DNA of 64,000 nt, from the NCBI GenBank assembly GCA_963705165.1, contig CAVPJD010000008.1, positions 1 to 64,000 of the forward strand, in the 5' to 3' direction. Source of the DNA: an uncultured delta proteobacterium. Lineage in GTDB: Bacteria > Desulfobacterota > Syntrophia > Syntrophales > UBA2192. The notes under the pieces are model-generated. The model was not told where the DNA came from and searched no databases. It saw nothing but the letters and a program-made list of their open reading frames with translations. Positions 30,346-39,284 of the stretch are shown piece by piece; position 1 is the first letter of the stretch; every line of letters starts with the position of its first letter. Both the position numbers and the translations under genes were made by a program.

Positions 30346-30984
30346 CTATCTCGTGTTCGCCTTCTGGCGGTCGTGCTTCTGCCTGTAAATATGGTTGCTC
30401 GAGCGGTCCTGCATGCTGTGAAGTTTCTGGCGCTCCTGGCCGGTGAGGTTCCCGTCGGACTTCATCCGCGACTCGGCCTGCTTGATCCTCGCCTGCTCGG
30501 CTTCTAGCTTCCCGGCCTCTTTCGGCGTCAACTCGCCGCTCTTTACACCCTGGTCGATGCGCTGCTCCATGTTCTGCATGCGCCGTTGGATGCGGGGGTC
30601 TTTCATGCTGCCTATGTCCGCGCCGCTGCTGCCAACGTTGGCCGTCTGGGCGTCGTGCTTCTGGTTGTAGATGTGCCGGCTCGAGCGGTCCTGCATGTTG
30701 CGAAGTTTCTGGCGCTCCTTCGGCGTGAGCTGGCCGTCGGATTTCATGCGCTGCTCCGTCTGCTGGATCTTCGCCTGCTCGGCCTCGATCCTGCCCGTCT
30801 CCTTCGGCGTCAGGGCGCCGCTCTTTACGCCCTGGTCGATGCGCTGCTCCTGGTTCTGCATGCGCTGTTGGATTCCCGGGTCATTCGTTCCGTAGTTCGG
30901 GGCCTGGGCCTGGCCGTAAGCGACTTCCGCCGCAACAAGGAATGCAAGACCTGCGATGAATGCGAACTTGAATGCCGAATGCAT
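30346..30984 (-). CDS. Secreted Gln/Arg-rich protein with two ~80-aa tandem repeats
   Basis: GGAGG RBS, signal peptide; DPxIQxRMQNxEQRIDQGVKSGxLTPKE...KSDGxLT..ERQKL...QDRSSxHIYxQKHD twice. Confidence 0.85.
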   Translation of the reverse strand: MHSAFKFAFIAGLAFLVAAEVAYGQAQAPNYGTNDPGIQQRMQNQEQRIDQGVKSGALTPKETGRIEAEQAKIQQTEQRMKSDGQLTPKERQKLRNMQDRSSRHIYNQKHDAQTANVGSSGADIGSMKDPRIQRRMQNMEQRIDQGVKSGELTPKEAGKLEAEQARIKQAESRMKSDGNLTGQERQKLHSMQDRSSNHIYRQKHDRQKANTR

Positions 30985-31026
30985 AAGTGCCTCCTGAAGA
31001 AAGTGAGTTTCGCCTCTGGGGATGAA

Positions 31027-31053
31027 AACGAAGGTTGGCACGACCGGTTGACA
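31027..31053 (-). promoter_or_regulatory. Putative ECF-sigma promoter TGTCAAC-N16-CGTT
   Basis: Same motif and spacing at 32579 and 34811. Confidence 0.7.
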
Positions 31054-31064
31054 TCCGGCCTCAA

Positions 31065-31571
31065 TTATTTTTTCCCCTTGAAGTAATTTCTTTTCTCGTC
31101 GGGCGTCATGGATTGGAACTTCTGCCTCGAATCCTGACGCTGCTCCGGCGTCATCTGCTGGTACTTTTCGCGGATCGAGCGCCGCTCCTCCTGGGGGAGT
31201 TCCCGGTACCACTTCGACCGCTCGCGGATCTGCTGCTGCTCATTCGGAGGGAGTTTCTTGAAATCCTCTTGGCGTTTGCGGATCGTCTCCTTGCGCTCGG
31301 GGGGCAGCTCGCGCCACTTCTGGTATCGCTGATTTGCCTGGTCCCGCTCGGCAGGCGTCATCTGCTGCCAGCGGTCGGCCCCCTTCCGGAGTCGCTCCTG
31401 GCGATCGGGGGTCATGGTGCTCCAGCGTTCCTTGAAGGGCTGCAGAGTCTTCTGCTCCTCCGGCTTGAGCCGGTCCCATGACGTGCCGCCGGCCTGACCC
31501 CAGGCAAGCCCCGCGAGAAACAGGATGAACACCGCCACGAGGGCTGCGATCCGTCTACTCATTTCCGGCAT
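31065..31571 (-). CDS. DUF3106-like periplasmic protein
   Basis: Signal peptide; repeated W..L.PE.Q/R motifs. Confidence 0.82.
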   Translation of the reverse strand: MPEMSRRIAALVAVFILFLAGLAWGQAGGTSWDRLKPEEQKTLQPFKERWSTMTPDRQERLRKGADRWQQMTPAERDQANQRYQKWRELPPERKETIRKRQEDFKKLPPNEQQQIRERSKWYRELPQEERRSIREKYQQMTPEQRQDSRQKFQSMTPDEKRNYFKGKK

Positions 31572-31601
31572 CCTTTTCGCTGGTTTTCTCCTTCGATCAG
31601 G

Positions 31602-31976
31602 CTAGCTGCTGCCGCCGTTGCCGGCGCCTGCAAGCCACTCATAGAAATCCAGATCCTCGTAAAGGTCCATGTTGTCCGCGTTCAGCACGATCTCCAATTC
31701 GTCGGGGCTCTTCACGGGCAGATCCTGCTTCGGCGTGTCGAACCAGATCATGAAGACCAAAACCGCCGCAGCTGCCGTCGCAACACCCCCGACCCGTGCC
31801 CAGTTCGGGATCCGGAAGAACCCCCCTTCACGCTCACCTGCGGCCTCGACGGCCTTGCGGCGGGCGTCGCGAAGCCGAGAAGCCGTTGCGGCATCGAGTT
31901 GCTCCTCGCTTGCCAGAAGGCTCTGTCTTGCCTTCTCCAGGAAGCGCGCTTCTTTTTCGCTCAGTTTCTCGTTCAC
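31602..31976 (-). CDS. DUF3619-like anti-sigma factor
   Basis: LDAATASRL..ARRKA, single TM, DLYEDLDFYEWL; coupled to the sigma gene. Confidence 0.78.
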   Translation of the reverse strand: MNEKLSEKEARFLEKARQSLLASEEQLDAATASRLRDARRKAVEAAGEREGGFFRIPNWARVGGVATAAAAVLVFMIWFDTPKQDLPVKSPDELEIVLNADNMDLYEDLDFYEWLAGAGNGGSS

Positions 31977-32518
31977 GGCTGAAATTCCTCCAATTTAAGC
32001 TGCAGGGCGTGGACGGCCCGGGAATAGTGCGTCTTGACGCTGCCTTCCGAGCAGCCCATGGCGCTTGCGGTCTGGGCCGTGTCGAACCCTTCCCAAGCCC
32101 GAAGGACGAAGGCCTGCTGCTGCCTCAGCGGGAGTTTCCTCAGCGCCCCCTGGAGGGCCCCGGTGAACTCCTGCCTCATGACCCCCTCGGCCGGGTCCGG
32201 CGAGGTCGAATCCGCCACCCGGGCCATCGGGTCTTCCTCGTCGCTCTCGTCGTCCCGGGGTTTGCCGAACCAGTCATGGAACCGTCTCCGCACTGCCGTG
32301 CGTCGATACCAGTCGGTGATACGGCTGTGCAGGATCTTGTAGAAGAGGACGTTCCACTCCCCTTCGGGCCGATTGGCGTAAAGCCGGGCAAAGTCGAGCA
32401 TCGTGTCCTGCACGATGTCGAGGGCATCGTCAGGACTCCCCGAGGCCATCCGGGCCATCCCGAAGGCCCGTCTCTCCACCTGGGCCAGGAACCGGTTCAG
32501 TGCCGCGCTGTGGTCCAG
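31973..32518 (-). CDS. ECF RNA polymerase sigma factor (probable CTG start at 32518)
   Basis: LNRFLAQVERRAF.MA, DDALDIVQD, LPLRQQQAFVLRAWEG, TA.AMGCSEGSVKTHYSRA. Confidence 0.92.
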   Translation of the reverse strand: MDHSAALNRFLAQVERRAFGMARMASGSPDDALDIVQDTMLDFARLYANRPEGEWNVLFYKILHSRITDWYRRTAVRRRFHDWFGKPRDDESDEEDPMARVADSTSPDPAEGVMRQEFTGALQGALRKLPLRQQQAFVLRAWEGFDTAQTASAMGCSEGSVKTHYSRAVHALQLKLEEFQP

Positions 32519-32578
32519 ACTCTTGTTCTCCCCGCCCCCTCGGCGACAGGCAGCCGCAAGGGGGCGTCTAGTGGGTTA

Positions 32579-32605
32579 AACGTCCAATAAATCGTTTGGT
32601 TGACA
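32579..32605 (-). promoter_or_regulatory. Putative autoregulated ECF promoter TGTCAAC-N16-CGTT
   Basis: About 60 nt upstream of the sigma start; same motif recurs twice nearby. Confidence 0.75.
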
Positions 32606-32613
32606 CAAAATCT

Positions 32614-33642
32614 TTACATTCTCAAGACCTTGGCGCCCCGGATCTTCCTAGCCTTAAGTTCGGCAAGGGCGAGGTTCGCTTCGGCAAGCGGGTACTCCTG
32701 CACCTCCGGCAGCAGGGGGATCGCGGCGGCAAGATCGAGGAACTCCTGAACATCAGCCCTCGTCACGTTGGCGACACTCTTGATCTCCCTCTCGAGCCAG
32801 AGATGGGCCGCGTAGTCCAGATGCAAGAGCCGGTCCCGGTCAATGTCTTCTTTCCGGATCGCGTTGATCACGAGCCGGCCCCCGCTTTTGAGGTTCTTCA
32901 GCGCCTCCACGACGGGCCCCCAGGCGGGGGTTGTGTCGATGATGGCATCGCAGGGCCCCGGCGGTCTCTCGGCCGTCTCCCCTGCCCAGGCTGCGCCCAG
33001 CTCCAGGGCAAAGGTTCTCTCGGCCTCGCTCCGGGCAAAAACGAAGATCTTCGACCGGGGGTACTTGTGTTGCGCGGCCTTGAGCACGAGGTGACCCGAC
33101 GCCCCGAAGCCGGTGAGCCCAAGGGTCTGCCCGTCACGAAGGCCCGTGAGCCTCAGAGACCGCCAGCCGACGGAGCCGGCACAGAGAAGCGGCGCGGCCT
33201 GGGAGTCGGAAAAAACCTCCGGAATGGGGTGGGCAAAGGCCTCGGGCACGGTCATGTACTCGGCATACCCGCCGTCTGCGTCACGCCCGGTGGCCCTGAA
33301 GCCGGTGCAGAGGTTTTCGTGGCCGCCGAGGCAGTGGCCACAGGTCCCGCAGGCCGAAAAGATCCAGGCAACCCCCACTCGCGCCCCCACGGGGAAGCGC
33401 TTCGCCCCGGGGCCATTTTCCACGACCCGGCCGACAACCTGGTGGCCCGGGATGACCGGAAGCCGGGGCGGGGGGGTTCGCCCCTCGATCTCGTCGAGCT
33501 CCGTGTGGCACACCCCGCAGGCCGCAACCCGGATCAGGGTCTCCCCGACGCCTGGCCGGGGCACCGGGAGCTCCACGGGGCACAGCGGCGCCCTTTCAGC
33601 GGCAAGGCTCACGATCCGGTCGATCATCATCGCTTTCATCAT
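32614..33642 (-). CDS. Zinc-dependent alcohol dehydrogenase family protein
   Basis: CGVCHT, GHQVVG, CGTCGHC...C, PLLCAG, GFGASG. Confidence 0.92.
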   Translation of the reverse strand: MMKAMMIDRIVSLAAERAPLCPVELPVPRPGVGETLIRVAACGVCHTELDEIEGRTPPPRLPVIPGHQVVGRVVENGPGAKRFPVGARVGVAWIFSACGTCGHCLGGHENLCTGFRATGRDADGGYAEYMTVPEAFAHPIPEVFSDSQAAPLLCAGSVGWRSLRLTGLRDGQTLGLTGFGASGHLVLKAAQHKYPRSKIFVFARSEAERTFALELGAAWAGETAERPPGPCDAIIDTTPAWGPVVEALKNLKSGGRLVINAIRKEDIDRDRLLHLDYAAHLWLEREIKSVANVTRADVQEFLDLAAAIPLLPEVQEYPLAEANLALAELKARKIRGAKVLRM

Positions 33643-33819
33643 AAATCCCGTCGGCGGAATCCTTTCTGTTTACCGGCCGATCCGGACCCGGATTATAGCT
33701 CGCAAGGCGTATGATTTCACGAAAAAAAGCAGCCGGGGCCGTCCGGCACACATCTTGCTTTAACCCGTGATATAGTTTTTGATCTTGACCATAATACGTA
33801 AGGCCTAAGGAGAGTCGCA

Positions 33820-34071
33820 ATGCAGAAGGGCTGTCTCACGAAGGACGACGTAGAGAGATTCGAAGGTGAAATGGGAAAGCTCATCGTGGTGAAGAAGGCC
33901 CTTGAGCTCGCCCTCATCAACCCCGCGATCAAGGACGATCAGAAACAGGCATACTGCCGGGCGCTTTTGCAGTGCGAGCGGACCCAGAGGGAATTCCGGG
34001 GCGCGCTCATCGCGATGAAAGTCGGCCTGGCCCGCTGGGGCTCAAAGGGTCCGATCAAACGGGCGGCCTGA
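33820..34071 (+). CDS. Hypothetical protein, 83 aa
   Basis: AGGAG RBS; helical composition. Confidence 0.6.
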   Translation: MQKGCLTKDDVERFEGEMGKLIVVKKALELALINPAIKDDQKQAYCRALLQCERTQREFRGALIAMKVGLARWGSKGPIKRAA

Positions 34072-34374
34072 ACCCATCCCAACGTCATTCGTCCCGGTTG
34101 CAGCCCGCCGCTTACTGGAAAGCGTCAGAATCTCCGCCTGCGAAGATCGGAAGAGCGGAAGCTCGGAAGATCGGACGGCAAAGAAACAAGACTGCAGAAT
34201 CATTTCTCCTTATCCGCTCTTCTGCTCCTCCGAGCCTCCGGAGTTCCAGTTTTTTCATGCTCTGCCTTTTCTTTTCTCAAAATGCCGTCCCCTCACCCCG
34301 CACCGTATCCCCCGGGGGAGACGGAGATCGAGGTGGAAGGTTTCTGAAGCCGTGCGGGACCTGTCCTTGCAACA

Positions 34375-34776
34375 CTATTTCTTTTTCGGTTCGGTCATTT
34401 TTGCCTTGCACTCGGGAGAAAGTTCCTTCTCATGCTCCCTGAGACATCTAACAATGCGCCCCTGGCCCGGCTTTACATCCTTGCAGAATTTCCGGGCGTC
34501 GCTCTCACAGGCCTGATGGGCTTCCTTTACCCTCTTCTTTGATTCTTCGATGCTGGACTTGCAGGCAGGCGAAAGCTGCTTCTCGTTTTCCTTGAGGCAT
34601 CTGGCAATCCGCCCGTCGCCCGGCTTCATGTCCTTGCAGTACTTCGCAACGTCATCGGCGCAGGGTCCCTGAGCGGCCAGGACATCGTTTCCGGCGATCA
34701 GACCGGCAGACAGCACGGCAACGGCAAGAGCCATCACCACCCGATTCATCGAAATGATCCTCATCCTTTGTCGCAT
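34375..34776 (-). CDS. Secreted Cys-rich repeat (GLG1-like) protein
   Basis: GGAGG RBS; signal peptide; two C..D...C.D.KPG.GRI..CL.E....LS..C repeats. Confidence 0.82.
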   Translation of the reverse strand: MRQRMRIISMNRVVMALAVAVLSAGLIAGNDVLAAQGPCADDVAKYCKDMKPGDGRIARCLKENEKQLSPACKSSIEESKKRVKEAHQACESDARKFCKDVKPGQGRIVRCLREHEKELSPECKAKMTEPKKK

Positions 34777-34810
34777 CAACACCTCCTTGAAAAAGATATT
34801 TTACCTCTTT

Positions 34811-34837
34811 AACGCACAGAATCCGGGTCCGTTGACA
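34811..34837 (-). promoter_or_regulatory. Putative ECF-sigma promoter TGTCAAC-N16-CGTT
   Basis: Same motif and spacing as 31027 and 32579. Confidence 0.7.
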
Positions 34838-34931
34838 GGGTCGGCGCGCGTTTCGGGAATCACGGAACGGGTTGCATTATCAACGATTTATGATATGGTT
34901 ACTGTTCGTTACAGATGGAGGTACAAGTTTC

Positions 34932-35114
34932 ATGCCCAACATTGGACTGCCCGAACTGCTCATCATCGTCGTCATCGCGCTGGTCTTCTTCGGCCCCGGC
35001 AAGCTCCCCGAGCTGGGAAGCGCCATGGGAAAGGCCATCCGCGGCTTCAAGAAATCCGTGTCCGACCCCGACAACAAGACAGGAGAGGGACCGGAGAAAA
35101 CGGGGAAGCCATGA
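34932..35114 (+). CDS. tatA: Twin-arginine translocase TatA/E
   Basis: IGLPELLII..IALVFFGPGKLPELG..MGKAIRGFK. Confidence 0.92.
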   Translation: MPNIGLPELLIIVVIALVFFGPGKLPELGSAMGKAIRGFKKSVSDPDNKTGEGPEKTGKP

Positions 35115-36073
35115 CGATCGCTCGCCTTACCCGATCTTTTTTCAGCGGGATACTGCATCTCGTCAATCATGAACCTGCCTCCGGGCACGAGCCAGCCTGC
35201 GGGCACTCGAAGCCCACCGGCCCCGAGGACATCGCCGGCGGTCAGGCCGTCATCGAAGGGGTCATGATGCGCCACGGCAACCGGATCGCCGTGGCTGTGC
35301 GCACACCCGCCAAGGACATCGTCATCAAGGAGCAGGACTACGTCCCCTTCACGAAGCGCTACCCCGTGTTGGGAATCCGCGTCGTCCGCGGTTCCGTGAC
35401 GCTCGTGGAGATGATGATCCTCGGCATCAAGACGCTCCTGTACTCCGCCGAGATCGCCATGCCGGAGGGCGAGAAAAAACCTCAGGGTTGGGAGATCGCC
35501 CTTTCGCTCTGCCTGAGCTTCAGCATGGCGCTCACCCTCTTCGTCCTGATCCCGGCATACTGCTTCGCATTCCTGCGGGACTTCATCGAGAACACGATCC
35601 TGCTCAACATCGCCGAGGGTCTCATCCGGCTCGGGATCTTCCTCACCTTCCTGACCACGACACTGCTCATGAAGGACATGCGGCGTGTCTTCATGTATCA
35701 CGGGGCCGAGCACAAGACCGTCTTTGCCTGGGAGCACGGCCAGGATCTCACCATCGAAAACATCAAGCAGTTCTCGACACGGCACCCCCGTTGCGGCACA
35801 AGCTTCATCCTCGTGGTGTTCGTGATTTCGATTCTGGTCTTCTCGCTGCTCGGGCGTCCCGATTTCCTGACGCGGGTCGCCTACAAGCTCTCGCTATTCC
35901 CCCTCATCGCGGGGATTTCCTACGAGATCATCCGGTTCAGCGGGAAGCACAAGGAAAAAGGCTGGGTCCAAATGATCAGCTGGCCGGGATTGTTGCTGCA
36001 GAAAATCACGACGCGCGAGCCCACCGACGACCAGATCGAGGTGGCGGTGGCGGCAATGAAGAAAGTGATATGA
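35111..36073 (+). CDS. DUF1385 (YqhQ-like) membrane protein
   Basis: GGQAVIEGVMMR, RVFMYHGAEHK, HPRCGTSF, LQKITTREP. Confidence 0.9.
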   Translation: MTIARLTRSFFSGILHLVNHEPASGHEPACGHSKPTGPEDIAGGQAVIEGVMMRHGNRIAVAVRTPAKDIVIKEQDYVPFTKRYPVLGIRVVRGSVTLVEMMILGIKTLLYSAEIAMPEGEKKPQGWEIALSLCLSFSMALTLFVLIPAYCFAFLRDFIENTILLNIAEGLIRLGIFLTFLTTTLLMKDMRRVFMYHGAEHKTVFAWEHGQDLTIENIKQFSTRHPRCGTSFILVVFVISILVFSLLGRPDFLTRVAYKLSLFPLIAGISYEIIRFSGKHKEKGWVQMISWPGLLLQKITTREPTDDQIEVAVAAMKKVI

Positions 36074-36075
36074 GA

Positions 36076-36180
36076 AGTGTCTGAGTGTCTAAGTTGTCTG
36101 AGTGAAGAAGTGGTTAGTGGCTAGTGACTTGTGAAGGATTCATCTTCCACAGATCACTAATCACTGATCACTAGCCACTG
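36076..36180. repeat. Octamer array plus inverted heptamer pair (GTGGYTA / CACTRAT)
   Basis: agtgtctgagtgtctaag...gtggttagtggctagtgacttgtg ... cacagatcactaatcactgatcactagccact. Confidence 0.75.
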
Positions 36181-36385
36181 CGTTCCTGCCCCTGCAGCCA
36201 ATCCCCATAATCATCACCCGCCCTGGCAGCGTCCCGGCCGCCGTGACGGTGTAGCCGCAGATGTAAAAAGCGCGCATGACAGGAAGTGCGCTGGCAACTT
36301 TTCCCGTGGTGCATCCGCTCCGGCGGCTCCCGCAGACGGGGCAGTGCTCCGAGGCCCTGTAACCATTCTGTTTTGCCCCAGTCAT
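36161..36385 (-). CDS. Small Cys-containing hypothetical protein
   Basis: GGAGG RBS; CPVC...C...C...C. Confidence 0.45.
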   Translation of the reverse strand: MTGAKQNGYRASEHCPVCGSRRSGCTTGKVASALPVMRAFYICGYTVTAAGTLPGRVMIMGIGCRGRNAVASDQ

Positions 36386-36511
36386 GACGCCGACCTCCCC
36401 TGCAGCGATGCGACATGCTTCGTCCATCTACTCAGGAAATCGGCATTTCCCCCGCGATCTTTAGCCCATGACCCGTGGTTCGGGACTCCTTGCATCGCAT
36501 CGCCGTCCCGC

Positions 36512-37111
36512 TTAACTGCGCGGAATCTCCACCACGCCCATCCTCTCGGGGTGTTTGCCGGTGATCGTGGCGTAGAAGCCGAGGATCTTGGCCATGTCGG
36601 CCTCGAGATCGCCGGTGGGTTGAATGACGGGCCCGAGCCCCCCTTCCTTGCGGGCGTAATCCAGGAAGGCCAGCACCAGGGGCACACCGGCACCGCAGGC
36701 GATGTGGTAGAACCCCGTCTTCCAGCGGGTCACTTTTTTCCGGGTCCCCTCGGGCGCGATCAGCAGCACCAGCTCCGCCCGTTTTTTGAGCTCTTCGACC
36801 ATCTGGGTCACCACGTCGGTCGACTTCGTCCGGTCGATGGGGATCGCCCCCAGCCATCTCAGAACCCCCTGGAAAGGCCATCGGAAAGCGGTGTGTTTGA
36901 CGAGCCAGTTGGCCTTGAACCGGAAGGCAAACACGATGGCAAGCGCGATCGGCGCATCCCAGTTGGAGGTGTGGGGGGCCGCGATCATGACGCACCGGGG
37001 AATGTCGGGCAGACGGCCGACCATTCGCCACCCGGTAATTTTCAGATAAAATTTCGCCAACCCGCACAGCAGACCGCTGCAAAAAGGACTCTCGAACACG
37101 GTTGCGGCCAT
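36512..37111 (-). CDS. Lysophospholipid acyltransferase (PlsC family)
   Basis: PHTSNWD (HX4D), GAIPIDR, APEGTR, WKTGFY. Confidence 0.9.
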   Translation of the reverse strand: MAATVFESPFCSGLLCGLAKFYLKITGWRMVGRLPDIPRCVMIAAPHTSNWDAPIALAIVFAFRFKANWLVKHTAFRWPFQGVLRWLGAIPIDRTKSTDVVTQMVEELKKRAELVLLIAPEGTRKKVTRWKTGFYHIACGAGVPLVLAFLDYARKEGGLGPVIQPTGDLEADMAKILGFYATITGKHPERMGVVEIPRS

Positions 37112-37314
37112 GGAAACTCCTCGCATTGTCCTGGAAAAGAAAAAACCAGGTTAGCCATAAATAACGGATTGGACCATTTGTCAAGCGCGATTCCGCAGGC
37201 ATTTTTGGCATGCCCGATTTGACTTGAAAGCAACGTGTTTTTGTGCAAGGGTTTGCCGCATCAATGGAATCCATCCGACCCGTCAGGGCCGAATCGGGAA
37301 CCGGGGAGGAACCA

Positions 37315-39153
37315 ATGATAGACACACACCTGGCCCACATGGTCCACAACCGGGCCGCCCGTTACGGGAGCAAGACCGCCCTTCGTTACAGATCAGGCGA
37401 TCACTGGCACGACATATCCTACCAGTCCCTCGGGGAGCGCATCCGGACAGCGGCGAAGGCCCTCCTGGAGCTTGGCGTCCGGGCAGGCGAGATGGTGGGC
37501 ATTTACTCCGGCAACCGCCCCGAGTGGACCATCGCCGATTTTGCGATCCTGAGCACCGGGGCCGTCTCCGTGCCCATCTACGCCACCAGCACAGCCGGGC
37601 AGGCCGGCTACATCGTCAACGACGCCGATATCCGGTTCATGTTCGTGGGGAACCAGGCCCAGTACGATCGCATTACAAGCATTCCGGAGAAATCGCCGAC
37701 CCTGGCGGCAATCATCGTTTTCGACGACGGGGCGGACCTGCGGGAAAACCCGAAAGGGATTCATTTCAGCGACTTTCTGGAGAAAGGCCGGGCATCGGCG
37801 CGGGATGCCGAGCTCGACGAAAGGCTTCAGCGCGCCTCCACCGGCGATCTGGCCACGCTCATCTACACCTCGGGCACCACGGGGGAGCCCAAGGGAGTCA
37901 TGCTCCACCACTCGAACTTCCACCACTCCGTCATCGCCCACGACAAGCGCCTCAACGTGAGCGACCGGGACGTGTCGCTGTGCTTCCTGCCCCTGGCCCA
38001 CGTCTTCGAGCGGGCCTGGAGCTACTACGTGATCGGTCACGGCATGACGAATGTCTATGTCGATGACATGTCAAAAATCATCGATTACCTCCGGGAAATC
38101 CGGCCCACGATCATGTGCGCCGTGCCCCGTTTCTACGAGAAGATCTACACGTCCGTCTTCGAAAAGCTCGACGACGGCGAGCGCTGGCGCAAGAAGCTGT
38201 TTCTCTGGGCCCTCGGCGTGGGGGAGGCGGTCTACCTGCGCAGGAAGGAACAGCAATTCCTGTCGCCCCGTCTCCGGCTCCAGTGGCTGGCGGCCGAGGC
38301 CCTCGTCCTGAGAAAGCTGCAGGGCATCGTGGGGGGGCGGATCCGGTTTTTGCCCTGCGCCGGGGCGCCGCTTGCCCGAAAGATCGAGGAGTTCTTCCAC
38401 TCGGCCGGCATCCACATCACATATGGCTACGGCCTCACGGAGACGACGGCCACCGTCACCTGCCACGAGGACTATCACTTCAGGCCGGGTACCGTGGGAA
38501 AGCCCATCGACGGGGTGGAGGTGAAGATCGCGCCCAACGGCGAGATCCTCGTCCGGGGCGAAACGGTCATGTCGGGCTATTACCGGAAACCGGAGGCCAC
38601 GGCCGAGGCCTTCGAGGACGGCTGGCTCAAGACGGGCGATGTGGGCGTCCTGGAGGACGGGTACCTGACGATCACGGACCGCATCAAGGAGCTCATGAAG
38701 ACCTCCGGCGGCAAGTACATCGCCCCCCAGTATGTCGAATCGACACTGGCCGGCGACCCCTACATCGAACAGCTCATCGTCATTGCCGACGGGCGCCCCT
38801 ACGCAACGGCGCTCATTGTCCCCGCCTTCGATGCGCTCGAAGCCTACGCGAAAACCTGGAACCTCGCCTACTCCTCCCGTGAGGAGCTGGTGCGGGACCC
38901 CATCGTCGTGCGCTTTTTCGAGGGGCGGATCGAAGCCCTGCAGAAGGATCTGGCGGGCTACGAGAAGGTGAAGCGGATCGCGCTGCTGCCCTGGCCCTTC
39001 AGTCAGGAGGCCGGCGAGATGACGCCGACCCTGAAGATCAGGCGCCGCGTCATCGTCGAGAAATATCACGACCTGATCGAGACCATGTATGCACGGGGAA
39101 AAGAGTCCACGACCGCCGCACCCGAATCGGACCTGTCTTTCTCGGCACCGTGA
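37315..39153 (+). CDS. Long-chain fatty acid--CoA ligase (AMP-dependent synthetase)
   Basis: IYTSGTTGEPKG, YGYGLTET, GWLKTGDVG, KTSGGKYIAP, TPTLK. Confidence 0.93.
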   Translation: MIDTHLAHMVHNRAARYGSKTALRYRSGDHWHDISYQSLGERIRTAAKALLELGVRAGEMVGIYSGNRPEWTIADFAILSTGAVSVPIYATSTAGQAGYIVNDADIRFMFVGNQAQYDRITSIPEKSPTLAAIIVFDDGADLRENPKGIHFSDFLEKGRASARDAELDERLQRASTGDLATLIYTSGTTGEPKGVMLHHSNFHHSVIAHDKRLNVSDRDVSLCFLPLAHVFERAWSYYVIGHGMTNVYVDDMSKIIDYLREIRPTIMCAVPRFYEKIYTSVFEKLDDGERWRKKLFLWALGVGEAVYLRRKEQQFLSPRLRLQWLAAEALVLRKLQGIVGGRIRFLPCAGAPLARKIEEFFHSAGIHITYGYGLTETTATVTCHEDYHFRPGTVGKPIDGVEVKIAPNGEILVRGETVMSGYYRKPEATAEAFEDGWLKTGDVGVLEDGYLTITDRIKELMKTSGGKYIAPQYVESTLAGDPYIEQLIVIADGRPYATALIVPAFDALEAYAKTWNLAYSSREELVRDPIVVRFFEGRIEALQKDLAGYEKVKRIALLPWPFSQEAGEMTPTLKIRRRVIVEKYHDLIETMYARGKESTTAAPESDLSFSAP

Positions 39154-39171
39154 CGCGGCCAGCAGAGAAGA

Positions 39172-39278
39172 AGCGTGTCGCGTGTAGGGTGTAGCGTGTA
39201 GGGATCTTTGGCAATCAGGGATCCGATGGCCCGCTCCCGGCTCTTGTTCACACGCTACCCGCTAGACGCTACACGCTT
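39172..39278. repeat. Inverted heptamer arrays (GCGTGTA)n / (CACGCTA)n
   Basis: agcgtgtcgcgtgtagggtgtagcgtgtaggg ... cacacgctacccgctagacgctacacgct. Confidence 0.8.
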
Positions 39279-39284
39279 CTTAAC

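Noticed and set aside
37207..37223. Sigma-54 promoter upstream of the fatty acid-CoA ligase (TGGCATGCCCGATTTGA)
   Set aside because: No GC at the -12 position; spacing is wrong
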